Source: Nautiliaceae bacterium
Lineage (GTDB): Bacteria; Campylobacterota; Campylobacteria; Campylobacterales; Nautiliaceae
NCBI GenBank assembly: GCA_027063595.1
Contig: JAMORJ010000128.1
Coordinates: forward strand, 1 to 55,108
Reading direction: 5' to 3'
DNA: 55,108 bases
The notes below the pieces were generated by a model, which did no database searches, was not told the DNA's origin, and saw nothing but the letters and a program-made list of their open reading frames with translations. Positions within the stretch are counted from its first letter, which is position 1, and each line of letters opens with the position of its first letter. Made by a program: the position numbers and the translations under genes. Below, one piece after another: positions 42,754-52,949 of the stretch.

Positions 42754-43426
42754 TAAGCTCCTTTTTTAATTTCTCTATCGTAAGTCTCGCTCCTTCTTGC
42801 TGAGCCGCTTTTTTGCTTCTACCTTTTGCTTTTGCGTATTCTTTACCATTAATGTAAACTCCAATTTCAAATTCTTTTTGATGATCAGGTCCTTTTGCGC
42901 TTAATAATTTATATTCTGGCACAACCCCAAAATGAGCCTGAGTAATTTCTTGAAGCGTAGTTTTATAATCTTTAAGAAGCTCTTGAGGATTAATGTTTGA
43001 ATATTCTTGCTTAATAAGATTAAGCGCTATCTCTTTTGCTTTATCAAATCCAGCCTCAAGATAAATAGCTCCAATTATTGCTTCAAAAGCACTTGATAGA
43101 ATCGAAGGTTTATCTCTTCCTCCGTTATTTTCTTCTGCAGGAGATAAAAATAAATACTTTCCAAGATTTAGTCTTTTTGCAAGTTTATAAAAAGCATCTT
43201 CATTTACGAGTGCCGCTCTAAGTTTTGAGAGCATTCCTTCTTCTGCCTTTGGAAACAAATTATATAAATACTCACCAACTATCAAGTCCAATACAGCATC
43301 TCCTAAAAATTCTAACCTTTCGTTATTAAACTCTTTTGTATAACTCCTATGAGTTAGAGCCTCGGTTATCAATTTTTCGTCTCTAAACTGATACCCCAAG
43401 CTCTTTTGAAGCTCTTCAGCCACCAT
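42746..43426 (-). CDS. rnc: ribonuclease III
   Basis: NERLEFLGDAVL signature and C-terminal dsRBD. Confidence 0.98.
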   Translation of the reverse strand: MVAEELQKSLGYQFRDEKLITEALTHRSYTKEFNNERLEFLGDAVLDLIVGEYLYNLFPKAEEGMLSKLRAALVNEDAFYKLAKRLNLGKYLFLSPAEENNGGRDKPSILSSAFEAIIGAIYLEAGFDKAKEIALNLIKQEYSNINPQELLKDYKTTLQEITQAHFGVVPEYKLLSAKGPDHQKEFEIGVYINGKEYAKAKGRSKKAAQQEGARLTIEKLKKELNV

Positions 43427-44198
43427 TTACAATCCTTTCGTAAGTTTTAGGAATTAGATTTATAACATCCGGATTAAATTTTATTAAAGAATTTATATCC
43501 AAAAATTGAGGTTTTGAAGTTAAGTAAAAAAACAGAAAATGAACTAAAGCCGCAATTTTATTATCACATTTTTCACATTCAGCTTTTGTTATAATCTCTA
43601 TTTTTTCTTTTTCTAATCCCCAAATTTCAGCTATTTTAGCAGCTATTCCAAAAAGCCCAACGCCTGAGAGTCTTTTTACCAATTCTCCATAAGTAATTGG
43701 GGCGGAATTCATAATAACATCTACTTTTTCCTTGTTATCTCCAAGTAAACTATCGCACACACAAACAGCAGCTGGAATTATTGCTCCAATTTCCGCATAT
43801 TTTTTATAAGTAGTTTCATCAAATTCTTCAATCATCCATTTTTCAAACTCACTCATAAAACTTGCCTGAAAATCGGCAAAATCAATTTTAAAAATTTTCC
43901 ATTCCTTTGGCTGAAGCAAAGAAACCAAATAAGAATAAACCAAACTTTTTGCCATTTCAAGACCTATCATGCTAAAAAGTTGAATAGTATCCTCAACTCT
44001 ATTTGGCAAAGAAAAATATGCGGAATTTACCACAGTTTCTATTTGCTTTTTTAAAACTAAATCTTTATCAGCTTCTATTGCAGCCTTTTTTAGTTCTCCT
44101 TCTTTTAAATATTCCAAACATTTCTTAACGCTATCTGGAACAGGAGGTACTTTTTTTAAATACTCTTTAATTTTTTCAATACTAACTAATTTCCCCAT
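43416..44198 (-). CDS. stand-alone HDOD-domain protein
   Basis: VPPVP...D..L...VNSAYFSL...IGLE HDOD N-terminus; ATG 44198 after AGGAG. Confidence 0.8.
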   Translation of the reverse strand: MGKLVSIEKIKEYLKKVPPVPDSVKKCLEYLKEGELKKAAIEADKDLVLKKQIETVVNSAYFSLPNRVEDTIQLFSMIGLEMAKSLVYSYLVSLLQPKEWKIFKIDFADFQASFMSEFEKWMIEEFDETTYKKYAEIGAIIPAAVCVCDSLLGDNKEKVDVIMNSAPITYGELVKRLSGVGLFGIAAKIAEIWGLEKEKIEIITKAECEKCDNKIAALVHFLFFYLTSKPQFLDINSLIKFNPDVINLIPKTYERIVNGG

Positions 44199-44616
44199 TC
44201 TTTCTCCTATTTGCTTCCTCTTTTGCAATTTTATCACAAATTTCGTTTTCTTTATGTCCGCTATGCCCCTTAATCCAAATTACATTAATTTTATGAGGTT
44301 TGCTAACTTCTAAAAATCTTTTCCACAAATCTTCATTTTTTACATTTTTAAAATTCTTTTTTTTCCAATTATCAAGCCATTTATCAATTGCATTTAAAAC
44401 ATAAGTAGAATCGGAATATAAATTTACTTCGCAAGGAAACTTTAATGCTTCCAACGCTTTAATAACTGCCATTAATTCCATTCTATTGTTAGTAGTATAA
44501 ACTTCTCCTCCCTTTAAAATTTTTTCATGGTTTTTATACCTTAAAATTGCACACCATCCTCCAGGTCCTGGATTTCCAAGAGAAGACCCATCTGTAAAAA
44601 TTTCTACTTTTTTCAC
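44182..44616 (-). CDS. rnhA: ribonuclease HI
   Basis: [35 protein letters not shown]. Confidence 0.98.
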   Translation of the reverse strand: MKKVEIFTDGSSLGNPGPGGWCAILRYKNHEKILKGGEVYTTNNRMELMAVIKALEALKFPCEVNLYSDSTYVLNAIDKWLDNWKKKNFKNVKNEDLWKRFLEVSKPHKINVIWIKGHSGHKENEICDKIAKEEANRRKNGEIS

Positions 44617-44664
44617 CTAAAACCTTTTAATAAAAGAGTTTTTTTATCTTTTTTTAATTTTTTG

Positions 44665-44673
44665 TGCTATAAT
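44665..44673 (+). promoter_or_regulatory. extended -10 promoter (TGCTATAAT) for the SOR-like gene
   Basis: TGnTATAAT preceded by periodic T-tracts, as typical of Campylobacterota RpoD promoters. Confidence 0.7.
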
Positions 44674-44705
44674 AAATTTACAAATTTTAACAAAAGGGGG
44701 CAAAA

Positions 44706-45089
44706 ATGCCAAAAATTAACAGATATCAAGATATTTCTCAAATAGACAAAGAAGCAAAAAGAGATTATATCGACAGACATTCGCCATTTATTGAATGTGA
44801 AGATACGGCAAAAAAAGGAGAAAAATTTAAAGTAAAAGTAAAAGTAGGAAACGAATATACTCATCCAGAAGATTACGATCACCACATTGCTTACGTTCAA
44901 TTATGGAATGGAGATACTCTACTTGCTCAAGCAAACTTTTTCCCAGAAACGTTTGCAAACGAAAAAACCCATGTAGAAGTAGATTTCTACATTATTCCTA
45001 CCAAAAACCTTAAGCTTACTGCAATGGCTTATTGTACAAAACACGGTCTTTGGGAGAGTGAAGTAAAAGAAGTTAAAGTAACTGAATAA
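44706..45089 (+). CDS. superoxide reductase-like protein (1Fe-SOR/neelaredoxin, class II SORL)
   Basis: Fe ligands DRHSP, HPEDYDHHI, YCTKHGLW. Confidence 0.88.
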   Translation: MPKINRYQDISQIDKEAKRDYIDRHSPFIECEDTAKKGEKFKVKVKVGNEYTHPEDYDHHIAYVQLWNGDTLLAQANFFPETFANEKTHVEVDFYIIPTKNLKLTAMAYCTKHGLWESEVKEVKVTE

Positions 45090-45221
45090 GCTTCACATCC
45101 TTTTTCTTCTTTTTTTACAAAAATTTTCTATTTATTAATTTTCTTTTTAAAGAAAAGATATTTTTTGTCTTTTTTAATTAAAAAAAAGTTAATTTTTCTT
45201 GATTTGATTTTTTTTTTGATA

Positions 45222-45227
45222 TATAAT
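45222..45227 (+). promoter_or_regulatory. -10 box for the cyd operon
   Basis: TATAAT 25 bp upstream of ATG 45253, after long periodic T-tracts. Confidence 0.55.
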
Positions 45228-45252
45228 TCTTATTAAGCTCGAAGGAGGGCTA

Positions 45253-45480
45253 ATGTTTAAAAACATTTTGTTCTTTTACATCGATGGGTTTAAAAACTTA
45301 TCGGATACTGGGCGAAAGCTCTGGGTTATTATCATCATCAAGTTGGTTGTAATTTTTGTTGTATTAAAAGTATTTTTCTTTCCTACTATCACTTCAAAAG
45401 TTAGTAAAGAAAAATTGCAAGATCTTTATGTTGAACAACTAACAAAAGTTACAACCAACCAACATAAAAAGGAGGAATAG
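45253..45480 (+). CDS. DUF4492-like small membrane protein upstream of cydA
   Basis: FYIDGFKN...GRKLWVIIIIKLVVIFVVLKVFFFP; GAAGGAGG RBS. Confidence 0.85.
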   Translation: MFKNILFFYIDGFKNLSDTGRKLWVIIIIKLVVIFVVLKVFFFPTITSKVSKEKLQDLYVEQLTKVTTNQHKKEE

Positions 45481-45481
45481 A

Positions 45482-47077
45482 ATGCATGGACTTGATTTAA
45501 ACATGCTTGAATGGGCAAGAGCCCAATTTGCAATGACAGCGCTCTTTCACTTCTTTTTTGTACCATTTACATTAGGTATGTCGTTTCTTGTAGCTTTCTT
45601 TGAGACAATCTATGTAAAAACTGGTAAAAAAGAATGGAAAGAAATTACTCAGTTTTGGCAAACGCTATTTGGAATTAACTTTGCACTAGGTCTTGCTACT
45701 GGTATTATTCACGAATTTGAATTTGGGACAAACTGGTCGACTTACTCATGGGTAGTTGGTGACTTATTTGGTGCGCCACTTGCCGTTGAAGGTATCGTTG
45801 CATTCTTTATGGAAGCAACATTTGCAGCAATCTCTTTCTTTGGATGGAAAAGAGTTAGCAAAAGCGTTCACTTAGCATCAACTTGGCTACTTGCAATTGG
45901 TTCAAACTTATCAGCGCTTTGGATCTTAATTGCAAATGGATTTATGCAACATCCAAGTAATGAATTTGGATTTTTCAACATTGAAACTTCAAGACTTGAA
46001 ATGACAGATTTTTGGGCATTAATTACTCAACCAGTCGCTCAAATTAAATTTTTACACACAATTACAGCAAGTTATACATTATCTTCTTTATTTGTGCTTG
46101 GTATTTCAAGTCTTTATTTACTTAGAAAAAAACATGTTGATTTTGCTAAAAAATCAGCAGCCGTAGCAGCAGCTTTTGGACTTATCGCATCAATCTTTAC
46201 AGCAGTAATTGGAGACGAACATGCATATGAAGTTACAAATACTCAACCAACTAAAATAGCAGCAGCCGAAGGTCTTTATGTAGGTGAAAAAGGAGCATCA
46301 ATCGTTGCATTTGGTATTCCAAAAAATCTACCAGCAAGAGATGTAACAAGCAATGACGAAGCTTTCGTATTCAAAATCGAACTTCCAAAAATGCTTTCAC
46401 TTCTTGGAAAAAGAGATCCAAACGCATACGTTCCAGGACTTAAAGATTTAATCGAAGGAAATCCTGAATATGGAATTTGGCCTCTTAAAAAATTAGCTCA
46501 AATTGGAGCTGAAGCAAGAGAAGATTTAAGAAAATATCACGAAGCTAAAAAAGCTGGTGATGTAGAAGCAATGAAAGCAGCAAAAGAAGATTTTTACAAA
46601 GTTGTATGGAGCGATCCAAAAACAGGTCTTAAAATTACAAAAGCAGATTTAATTGGTTATGGATTCTTTAAAAACGTAGATAATCTTGACTTAATCCATC
46701 CACCAGTACCTACAGTATTTTATGCATTCCATATAATGGTAGGTCTTGGATTCTGGTTTATTATCATTTTTGTAGCAGCATGGCTAAAAATTATCAAAAA
46801 CGCATATGAAAACGCAACTCTTCTTCAAAAATTGGCAGTTATTTCAGTTCCACTTCCATGGATTGCAACAAGCTTTGGATGGATGACAGCAGAAATTGGT
46901 AGACAACCTTGGACAGTATTTGGGGTACTTCCAACTCCAGAATCTGTAACGCCAATTGCATTACAAAATGTTCAAGCAACATTCTTTATGTTCTTAACAG
47001 CATTCGTAATTTTAGGAATTGCTGAACTTAAAATTCTATTTACGGTCGTTAAATCTGGACCAAAAGGAGCTCACTAA
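45482..47077 (+). CDS. cydA: cytochrome bd oxidase subunit I (long Q-loop)
   Basis: RAQFAMTALFHFFFVP, EFEFGTNW, FLHT, QPTKIAAAEG, FHIMVG, EIGRQPW. Confidence 0.98.
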   Translation: MHGLDLNMLEWARAQFAMTALFHFFFVPFTLGMSFLVAFFETIYVKTGKKEWKEITQFWQTLFGINFALGLATGIIHEFEFGTNWSTYSWVVGDLFGAPLAVEGIVAFFMEATFAAISFFGWKRVSKSVHLASTWLLAIGSNLSALWILIANGFMQHPSNEFGFFNIETSRLEMTDFWALITQPVAQIKFLHTITASYTLSSLFVLGISSLYLLRKKHVDFAKKSAAVAAAFGLIASIFTAVIGDEHAYEVTNTQPTKIAAAEGLYVGEKGASIVAFGIPKNLPARDVTSNDEAFVFKIELPKMLSLLGKRDPNAYVPGLKDLIEGNPEYGIWPLKKLAQIGAEAREDLRKYHEAKKAGDVEAMKAAKEDFYKVVWSDPKTGLKITKADLIGYGFFKNVDNLDLIHPPVPTVFYAFHIMVGLGFWFIIIFVAAWLKIIKNAYENATLLQKLAVISVPLPWIATSFGWMTAEIGRQPWTVFGVLPTPESVTPIALQNVQATFFMFLTAFVILGIAELKILFTVVKSGPKGAH

Positions 47078-48282
47078 TGAATGCGACAACTTGGGCACCA
47101 ATAACTGTAGATGCAACACATTTTTATCTACAAGTATATTTCTGGATTATAGTAGCTGTACTTGGAGGTCTTTTCCTCCTTATGACATTCGTTCAAGGTG
47201 GACAAACTTTATTCCACACAGCAAAAGATGAAACAGAAGAAAAAGCAATCTTAAATTCTCTTGGTAGAAAATGGGAACTTACATTTACTACTTTAGTTCT
47301 TTTCGGTGGTGCGCTTTATGCAGCGTTTCCATTATTTTATTCTGTAAGTTTTGGTGGAGCTTATTGGGTTTGGATGCTAATTCTTTTTGCATTCGTACTT
47401 CAAGCGGTATCATATGAGTATATGAATAAACCAAACAACCTTATAGGAAAAAATGCATACAAATTTTTCTTATACTTTAACGGTGTAGTTGGAATAGTAT
47501 TAATCGGAGCAGCAGTTGGGACATTCTTTACAGGTTCTAACTTTACATATGACCCTGTAACAAGAGTTCTTCACTGGGGAACGGCTCCAGATGGAATTAA
47601 CTTAAGAGGTTTAGAAGCGGCAATTGATTTTAAACATGGAGCATGGTTTAACCTTGCAATGGGTATTTTGCTATTTGCAATGGCAAGAATTCTTGGAGCC
47701 TTATGGTTAATTAACGATATTGATAATAACGAATTTCCAGAATTAATCGATAGATTAAGAAATATTGTAAAAAGATGCTTTGTAGTATTATTAGTAGCTC
47801 TTTTAGTAGTACTTTATGGTTTACTTACAATGAAAGGTTATGCATACAACATCCATGATCCTGCTGGAAAAGTATATCTCGAAGATTCAAAATATTTACA
47901 CAACTTACTATCATTTGGAGCAATTCCGCTTATTCTTTTCTTGGTAGGACTTGTGCTTTACGTATATGGAGTATTCGTAACTCTTAAAGGTTCAAATAGA
48001 GGTATCTGGCCAGCTGGTATTGGTACTGTACTTATTGGAATCATAGTATTTGTAATTGCTGGACTTTTTGGAACACCTTTTTATCCAAGCTATGCAGATT
48101 TACAAAGTAGTTTAACTATTCAAAATAGCTCTGGTTCTAAATATACTCTTGAAGTAATGGCTTGGGTTAGTGTAGCAGTTCCATTTGTATTAGGTTATAT
48201 TGCTTATGTATGGTATCAAATGAAAAAAGATGGTCCTATTACTAAAGAAGAAATAGCAGACCCTGAATCTCATGCATATTAA
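47077..48282 (+). CDS. cydB: cytochrome bd oxidase subunit II
   Basis: GRKWELTFTTLVLFGGALYAAFP, SLTIQNSSGS; TAATG coupling to cydA. Confidence 0.95.
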   Translation: MNATTWAPITVDATHFYLQVYFWIIVAVLGGLFLLMTFVQGGQTLFHTAKDETEEKAILNSLGRKWELTFTTLVLFGGALYAAFPLFYSVSFGGAYWVWMLILFAFVLQAVSYEYMNKPNNLIGKNAYKFFLYFNGVVGIVLIGAAVGTFFTGSNFTYDPVTRVLHWGTAPDGINLRGLEAAIDFKHGAWFNLAMGILLFAMARILGALWLINDIDNNEFPELIDRLRNIVKRCFVVLLVALLVVLYGLLTMKGYAYNIHDPAGKVYLEDSKYLHNLLSFGAIPLILFLVGLVLYVYGVFVTLKGSNRGIWPAGIGTVLIGIIVFVIAGLFGTPFYPSYADLQSSLTIQNSSGSKYTLEVMAWVSVAVPFVLGYIAYVWYQMKKDGPITKEEIADPESHAY

Positions 48283-48291
48283 GGAGTGAGC

Positions 48292-48504
48292 ATGAAAAGA
48301 TTAATAGCTTTATTAATGGTATTTTTTAGCGGTTTCCTTTTTGCCGCTGAAAAACTTATGCCAAATGGAATAAGCCCTGAAGTACACAAAATCGATACTA
48401 CTTGGGGAGTAATTTTATTCTTTATGTGGCCAATTTTAATTATCGTTTCTTACAAATTCATTGAATTTACCCTCAAAAAATCTGGTCTTGAAAAAGACCT
48501 CTAA
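48292..48504 (+). CDS. small membrane protein after cydB (candidate accessory subunit), 70 aa
   Basis: AAGGAG RBS then ATG 48292; signal-peptide-like MKRLIALLMVFFSGFLFA and one TM WGVILFFMWPILIIVSYKF. Confidence 0.8.
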   Translation: MKRLIALLMVFFSGFLFAAEKLMPNGISPEVHKIDTTWGVILFFMWPILIIVSYKFIEFTLKKSGLEKDL

Positions 48505-48578
48505 TTTTTCTTCTTTTTTTTATCCTCTAATTTTGTTTTATCCACTCGCTTTTTATTGATAATTTTTTTCCAATAATT

Positions 48579-48587
48579 TGCTATAAT
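48579..48587 (+). promoter_or_regulatory. extended -10 promoter (TGCTATAAT) for pckA
   Basis: TGnTATAAT 38 bp upstream of the ATG; AGGAG RBS. Confidence 0.7.
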
Positions 48588-48625
48588 TACATTCCATTTC
48601 ACCACATTTTGCTTAGGAGAAAATT

Positions 48626-50203
48626 ATGATAAAAGAACTTGAAAAGATTGGGATAAAAACAAACAAAATTATTCACAACCCAAGTTACGAAAAAATCATA
48701 GAAGATACTTTAAAAAAAGGAGAGGTAGTAGAAACTAAAAGTGGGGCAACAGCTGTAGATACTGGTGAATTTACCGGACGCTCTCCAAAAGATAAATACT
48801 TTGTAAAACAACCTCCAAGCGAACAATACATAGCATGGGGAGAAATAAACCAACCAATAACTCCAGAAATTTTTAAAAAATTAGAAAACTTCACAAAACA
48901 AGAATTAAGTAAATATGATGAATTATATGTTATAGACGTTTTTGTTGGAGCAAGTAAAGAATCTCGCAGAGCAATAAGATTTGTAACTCCAATTGCATGG
49001 CAAGCTCATTTTGTAATGAATATGTTTATTCTACCAACCGAAGAAGAACTTAAAAACTTTAAACCTGATTTTACATTTCTTGTAGGAGGAGCTTCAAGAT
49101 ATCCTAATTGGAAAGAAGATAATCTACATAGTGATATCTTCGTAGCTTTTAATATCGAAGAAAATCTTGCCGTAATGAGCGGAACGTTATATGGAGGAGA
49201 GCTTAAAAAAGGTATATTTACAATGATGAATTATTGGCTTCCTCTTGAAGGAAAACTTTCTATGCATTGCTCCGCAAACATAGGAGAAAAAGGAGATGTT
49301 GCTCTATTTTTTGGTCTTAGCGGAACTGGAAAAACTACACTTTCAACAGATCCAAAAAGAAAACTAATAGGCGATGACGAACATGGATGGGACGATAATG
49401 GAGTATTTAACTTCGAAGGCGGATGTTACGCAAAAGTAATAAATCTTGATAAAGAAAGCGAACCTGAAATTTATAACGCTATAAAAAGAAGAGCTTTGCT
49501 TGAAAATGTAGTAATCAAAGAAGATGGAGAAGTAGATTTTACCGATTCAAGCAAAACGGAAAATACAAGAGTAAGCTATCCAATCGAACACATCGAAAAT
49601 CATGAACGCACTTTAATGGGAGGACATCCTAAAAACATTATATTCCTAACAGCAGATGCATTTGGAGTATTGCCACCTGTATCTAAACTTACAAAAGAGC
49701 AAGCAATGTATTATTTCTTAAGCGGATATACTGCAAAAGTAGCAGGAACCGAAAGAGGCATTACTGAACCCGTAGCCACATTTAGTGCTTGTTTTGGAGA
49801 ACCTTTTCTACCACTTCATCCAACAGTTTATGCAAAACTACTTGGAGAAAAAATAGAGAAACACAATGTAAACGTATATCTTGTAAATACTGGATGGACT
49901 GGTGGTCCATATGGAGTTGGAAAAAGAATGAGTATTAAAGACACAAGAGCTTGTATTAATGCAATTCTTGATGGAAGCATCGAAAAAGCCGAATTTGAAA
50001 CTTTACCTGTATTTAATCTTGCCATTCCAAAAGAATTACCTGGCGTAAATACAAAAGTACTAAATCCAAGAAATACATGGGAAGACAAAGAAGCATACGA
50101 TAAACAACTTAGAAAACTTGCTGAAATGTTTATTAATAACTTTAAACGCTATGAAGATGTTCCTGAAGGAAAAGAGTACGAAAAAGCCGGTCCAAGGCTA
50201 TAA
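48626..50203 (+). CDS. pckA: phosphoenolpyruvate carboxykinase (ATP)
   Basis: [46 protein letters not shown]. Confidence 0.99.
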   Translation: MIKELEKIGIKTNKIIHNPSYEKIIEDTLKKGEVVETKSGATAVDTGEFTGRSPKDKYFVKQPPSEQYIAWGEINQPITPEIFKKLENFTKQELSKYDELYVIDVFVGASKESRRAIRFVTPIAWQAHFVMNMFILPTEEELKNFKPDFTFLVGGASRYPNWKEDNLHSDIFVAFNIEENLAVMSGTLYGGELKKGIFTMMNYWLPLEGKLSMHCSANIGEKGDVALFFGLSGTGKTTLSTDPKRKLIGDDEHGWDDNGVFNFEGGCYAKVINLDKESEPEIYNAIKRRALLENVVIKEDGEVDFTDSSKTENTRVSYPIEHIENHERTLMGGHPKNIIFLTADAFGVLPPVSKLTKEQAMYYFLSGYTAKVAGTERGITEPVATFSACFGEPFLPLHPTVYAKLLGEKIEKHNVNVYLVNTGWTGGPYGVGKRMSIKDTRACINAILDGSIEKAEFETLPVFNLAIPKELPGVNTKVLNPRNTWEDKEAYDKQLRKLAEMFINNFKRYEDVPEGKEYEKAGPRL

Positions 50204-50254
50204 ACTTTTTCCTTTTTTTACCTTTAAATAGTTGCTTTTTTGCACTTTTTTTTA

Positions 50255-50260
50255 TATAAT
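50255..50260 (+). promoter_or_regulatory. -10 box for tRNA-Gly/tRNA-Cys
   Basis: TATAAT 11 bp upstream of tRNA-Gly; TTGCTT 17 bp further upstream. Confidence 0.6.
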
Positions 50261-50271
50261 TTCATCCAAGT

Positions 50272-50348
50272 GCGGGCTTAGCTCAGTTGGCTAGAGCGCC
50301 TCCTTGCCAAGGAGGAGGTCGCGGGTTCGAGTCCCGTAGCCCGCTCCA
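50272..50348 (+). tRNA. tRNA-Gly (GCC)
   Basis: Acceptor GCGGGCT/AGCCCGC, anticodon arm CCTCC-TTGCCAA-GGAGG, TTCGA loop, encoded CCA. Confidence 0.97.
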
Positions 50349-50356
50349 TAAAATTT

Positions 50357-50431
50357 GGCGCCATAGCCAAGTGGCTAAGGCAGGGGCCTGCAAAGCCCTG
50401 ATCCCCGGTTCGAATCCGGGTGGCGCCTCCA
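50357..50431 (+). tRNA. tRNA-Cys (GCA)
   Basis: Acceptor GGCGCCA/TGGCGCC, anticodon loop CTGCAAA, U73 discriminator, encoded CCA. Confidence 0.97.
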
Positions 50432-50473
50432 AACTTAAATTTTGCTTAAAACAAAAAAAATTAAAAAAAAACT

Positions 50474-50482
50474 TGATATAAT
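50474..50482 (+). promoter_or_regulatory. internal extended -10 promoter (TGATATAAT) for tRNA-Leu/tRNA-Ser
   Basis: TGnTATAAT 10 bp upstream of tRNA-Leu; the leader TTCA..CCAAG resembles the leader before tRNA-Gly. Confidence 0.65.
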
Positions 50483-50492
50483 TTCACTCCAA

Positions 50493-50582
50493 GCCCGGGT
50501 GGCGGAACTTGGTAGACGCAAGGGACTTAAAATCCCTCGGGCATTTTTGCCCGTGCCGGTTCGAGTCCGGCCCCGGGCACCA
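50493..50582 (+). tRNA. tRNA-Leu (TAA)
   Basis: Acceptor GCCCGGG/CCCGGGC, AGGGA-CTTAAAA-TCCCT, long variable arm, ACCA end. Confidence 0.97.
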
Positions 50583-50615
50583 CTACTTATATCTAAGCTC
50601 TCAATTTGAAATTAA

Positions 50616-50705
<90 letters not shown>

Positions 50706-51129
50706 CTCAATATTTAAAAAATCCCCTAATTTTAGTAGTTTTGAAAGATGCTTAAAAATCTTACCCAAAAATGAACGTTGTTTAGAAAAAGTGACAATTA
50801 AAATACTTGCTGTTTTCCTATTTAGTTTTTTTTGAAAACTTTCAAAACTGCGTTGCCTTTTATTTACTTTTTGCATTTCTATAAACTTTTATCAATTCTT
50901 TCTAAATTCACTTTTACAAGCAAAAACTGATAATTGTATTGCTTTTTTTCACTTGTAACTGAAATTATGCCAATAAAAAGAAAGTTTATAAGTGTTCAAT
51001 ATTTAACTTAAACATGAGCTCACCCACTTAAAATCAATTTTTATTTTTAAAACCTGGCAAAGGGTGAGAGTATGAAAGGTTGATAATTTTTAATCTTCAA
51101 ATCCTATTATTTTTTATCAAAGCCTAAAT

Positions 51130-51163
51130 AAAAAAAAGAAGGCTTAAAATTCAATAAGCCCTT
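51130..51163 (-). terminator. probable intrinsic terminator overlapping the thiG stop
   Basis: Minus strand GGCTTA-TTGAATTT-TAAGCC stem-loop followed by TTCTTTTTTTT. Confidence 0.55.
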
Positions 51164-51923
51164 CGAGAGGAGAAGATGCAGTAGCAAACGGTTTTTTTGG
51201 AATTCTACCAGCTTTATAAGCAGCTCTTCCTGCAATTACAGCATGTTTCATTGCTTCAGCCATAAGAATTGGATTTTTTGCTTGAGCTATTGCCGTATTT
51301 GTTAATACTCCATCGGCTCCAAGTTCCATCGCAACACTTGCATCGCTTGCCGTTCCGATTCCAGCATCTACGATTACAGGAACATTTACAGCATCTTTAA
51401 TAAATACCACATTATATTTATTTTGAATTCCTAACCCACTTCCAATTGGAGCAGCAAGAGGCATTACAGCAGCGGCTCCAGCATCTTCAAGTCTTTTTGC
51501 CATAATTGGATCGTCGTTTGTATAAGCCATAACAGTAAAATCTTCTTTTGCCAATACTTCACAAGCTTTTAGCGTTTCAATTACATCAGGATAAAGAGTT
51601 TTTTTAGTATCTCCAATAACTTCAAGTTTAATAATATCAATACCCGTTGCTTCTCTAACGAGCCTAAAAAGAGTTATTGCCTCCTCTGCCGTAGTACATC
51701 CAGCAGAATTTGGCAAAATTTTTACATCTGTATCTTTAAAATAATCCATTAAATTTTCTTCGTTTGGATCTAAAATATTTACCCTTCTTACCGCAACCGT
51801 TATCATTTCAGCGCCACTTGCTAAAGTCGCATCTCTTGTTGTTTTAAAATCAGGATATTTACCGCTTCCCACAATCAATCTACTTGTAAATTCATATTTT
51901 CCGATTTTTAAAATATCAGCCAT
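51144..51923 (-). CDS. thiG: thiazole synthase
   Basis: [44 protein letters not shown]. Confidence 0.98.
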   Translation of the reverse strand: MADILKIGKYEFTSRLIVGSGKYPDFKTTRDATLASGAEMITVAVRRVNILDPNEENLMDYFKDTDVKILPNSAGCTTAEEAITLFRLVREATGIDIIKLEVIGDTKKTLYPDVIETLKACEVLAKEDFTVMAYTNDDPIMAKRLEDAGAAAVMPLAAPIGSGLGIQNKYNVVFIKDAVNVPVIVDAGIGTASDASVAMELGADGVLTNTAIAQAKNPILMAEAMKHAVIAGRAAYKAGRIPKKPFATASSPLEGLIEF

Positions 51924-52947
51924 TTATTCTCCTTCTAAGTTTAATATAATCCCAAATTTCTTTATCGCCAAGAAGCCCTCTTCTTGCAAAAAGCATAATC
52001 AAAAGAAGCAAAATACTAAATACAACCATTCTAAGACCTGGAATACCGTGAATTGGTCCAAAATGCCAAGTATTATCATCAAGAGGTCTAAGCACTTCCA
52101 TACCTCCAAGGAATAAAATTGTTCCAATAATTGCTCCGCTCATACTTCCAAGTCCGCCTAATACTATAATAATTAATAATTGGAAAGTTAACATAAACGT
52201 AAATTGATCCGGAGAAATCGAACCAATACTACTTGCAAGAAGTCCTCCACCAACTCCTTCAAAAAAAGCACTCGTCATAAAAGCAATCGTTTTCATGTTA
52301 AAAGTATTTACTCCCATAGCAAGAGCAGCATCTTCATCGTCTCTTACACTTTTCATAGCTCTTCCATATCTTGAATATACAATATTATAAACCAAAATTA
52401 CAGTTATTAAACACACAACGCCTATCCAAAAATAAGTAGCAAATGCTGGAATAGAATCAAGCCCCATAGAACCATTTGAAACAGACGGAGTATTAATTAA
52501 AAATATCCTAATAATAAATCCAAATCCAAGCGTAACGATAGCTAAATAATCTCCTCTTACCCTAAAAACAGGAAATGCAAGAGTTAACGCCACAAGCGCT
52601 GCTACAAATCCACTAATTAAAAGAGCCAAAAACGGATTTGGAACAAACACATCTCTAATTAACGGCAAAGGCTCTGTTAGCATATAAATTTGCTCTTTAA
52701 GCTCAGGAGATAGCATCAAAATTGCAGTAACATAAGCACCAATTGCAACAAATCCATTAGGTTCTAAGCTAAATTGTCCCGTAACTCCGTTAATTAAATT
52801 GTAGCTAATTGCAAGAATTATAAAAATGTAAATATTTCCAAGCACCGTAATAGTATAATCGCTAAAAATTTTAGGAGAAATATATAAAAAGCCTATAAAC
52901 AAAATCGAAATGATAGCTATTAGCATAAAATATTTTTTTGCATCCAT
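51916..52947 (-). CDS. livM: branched-chain amino acid ABC transporter permease LivM
   Basis: [48 protein letters not shown]. Confidence 0.93.
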   Translation of the reverse strand: MDAKKYFMLIAIISILFIGFLYISPKIFSDYTITVLGNIYIFIILAISYNLINGVTGQFSLEPNGFVAIGAYVTAILMLSPELKEQIYMLTEPLPLIRDVFVPNPFLALLISGFVAALVALTLAFPVFRVRGDYLAIVTLGFGFIIRIFLINTPSVSNGSMGLDSIPAFATYFWIGVVCLITVILVYNIVYSRYGRAMKSVRDDEDAALAMGVNTFNMKTIAFMTSAFFEGVGGGLLASSIGSISPDQFTFMLTFQLLIIIVLGGLGSMSGAIIGTILFLGGMEVLRPLDDNTWHFGPIHGIPGLRMVVFSILLLLIMLFARRGLLGDKEIWDYIKLRRRING

Positions 52948-52949
52948 CC

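Noticed and set aside
45253-48504. Different codon usage in the cyd genes as a sign of horizontal transfer
   Set aside because: A similar bias appears in the liv binding-protein gene, so high expression explains it equally well; not testable by eye
50821-50850. Possible difH (XerH) site or CRISPR repeat remnant
   Set aside because: difH has TGAAAA-N6-TTTTCA and the spacing here does not fit; there are no regularly spaced direct repeats with spacers and no cas or xer genes
51051-51076. Weak resemblance to the tRNA-Ser 3' end (att duplication)
   Set aside because: It is inverted and needs gaps, whereas att duplications are direct and near-identical
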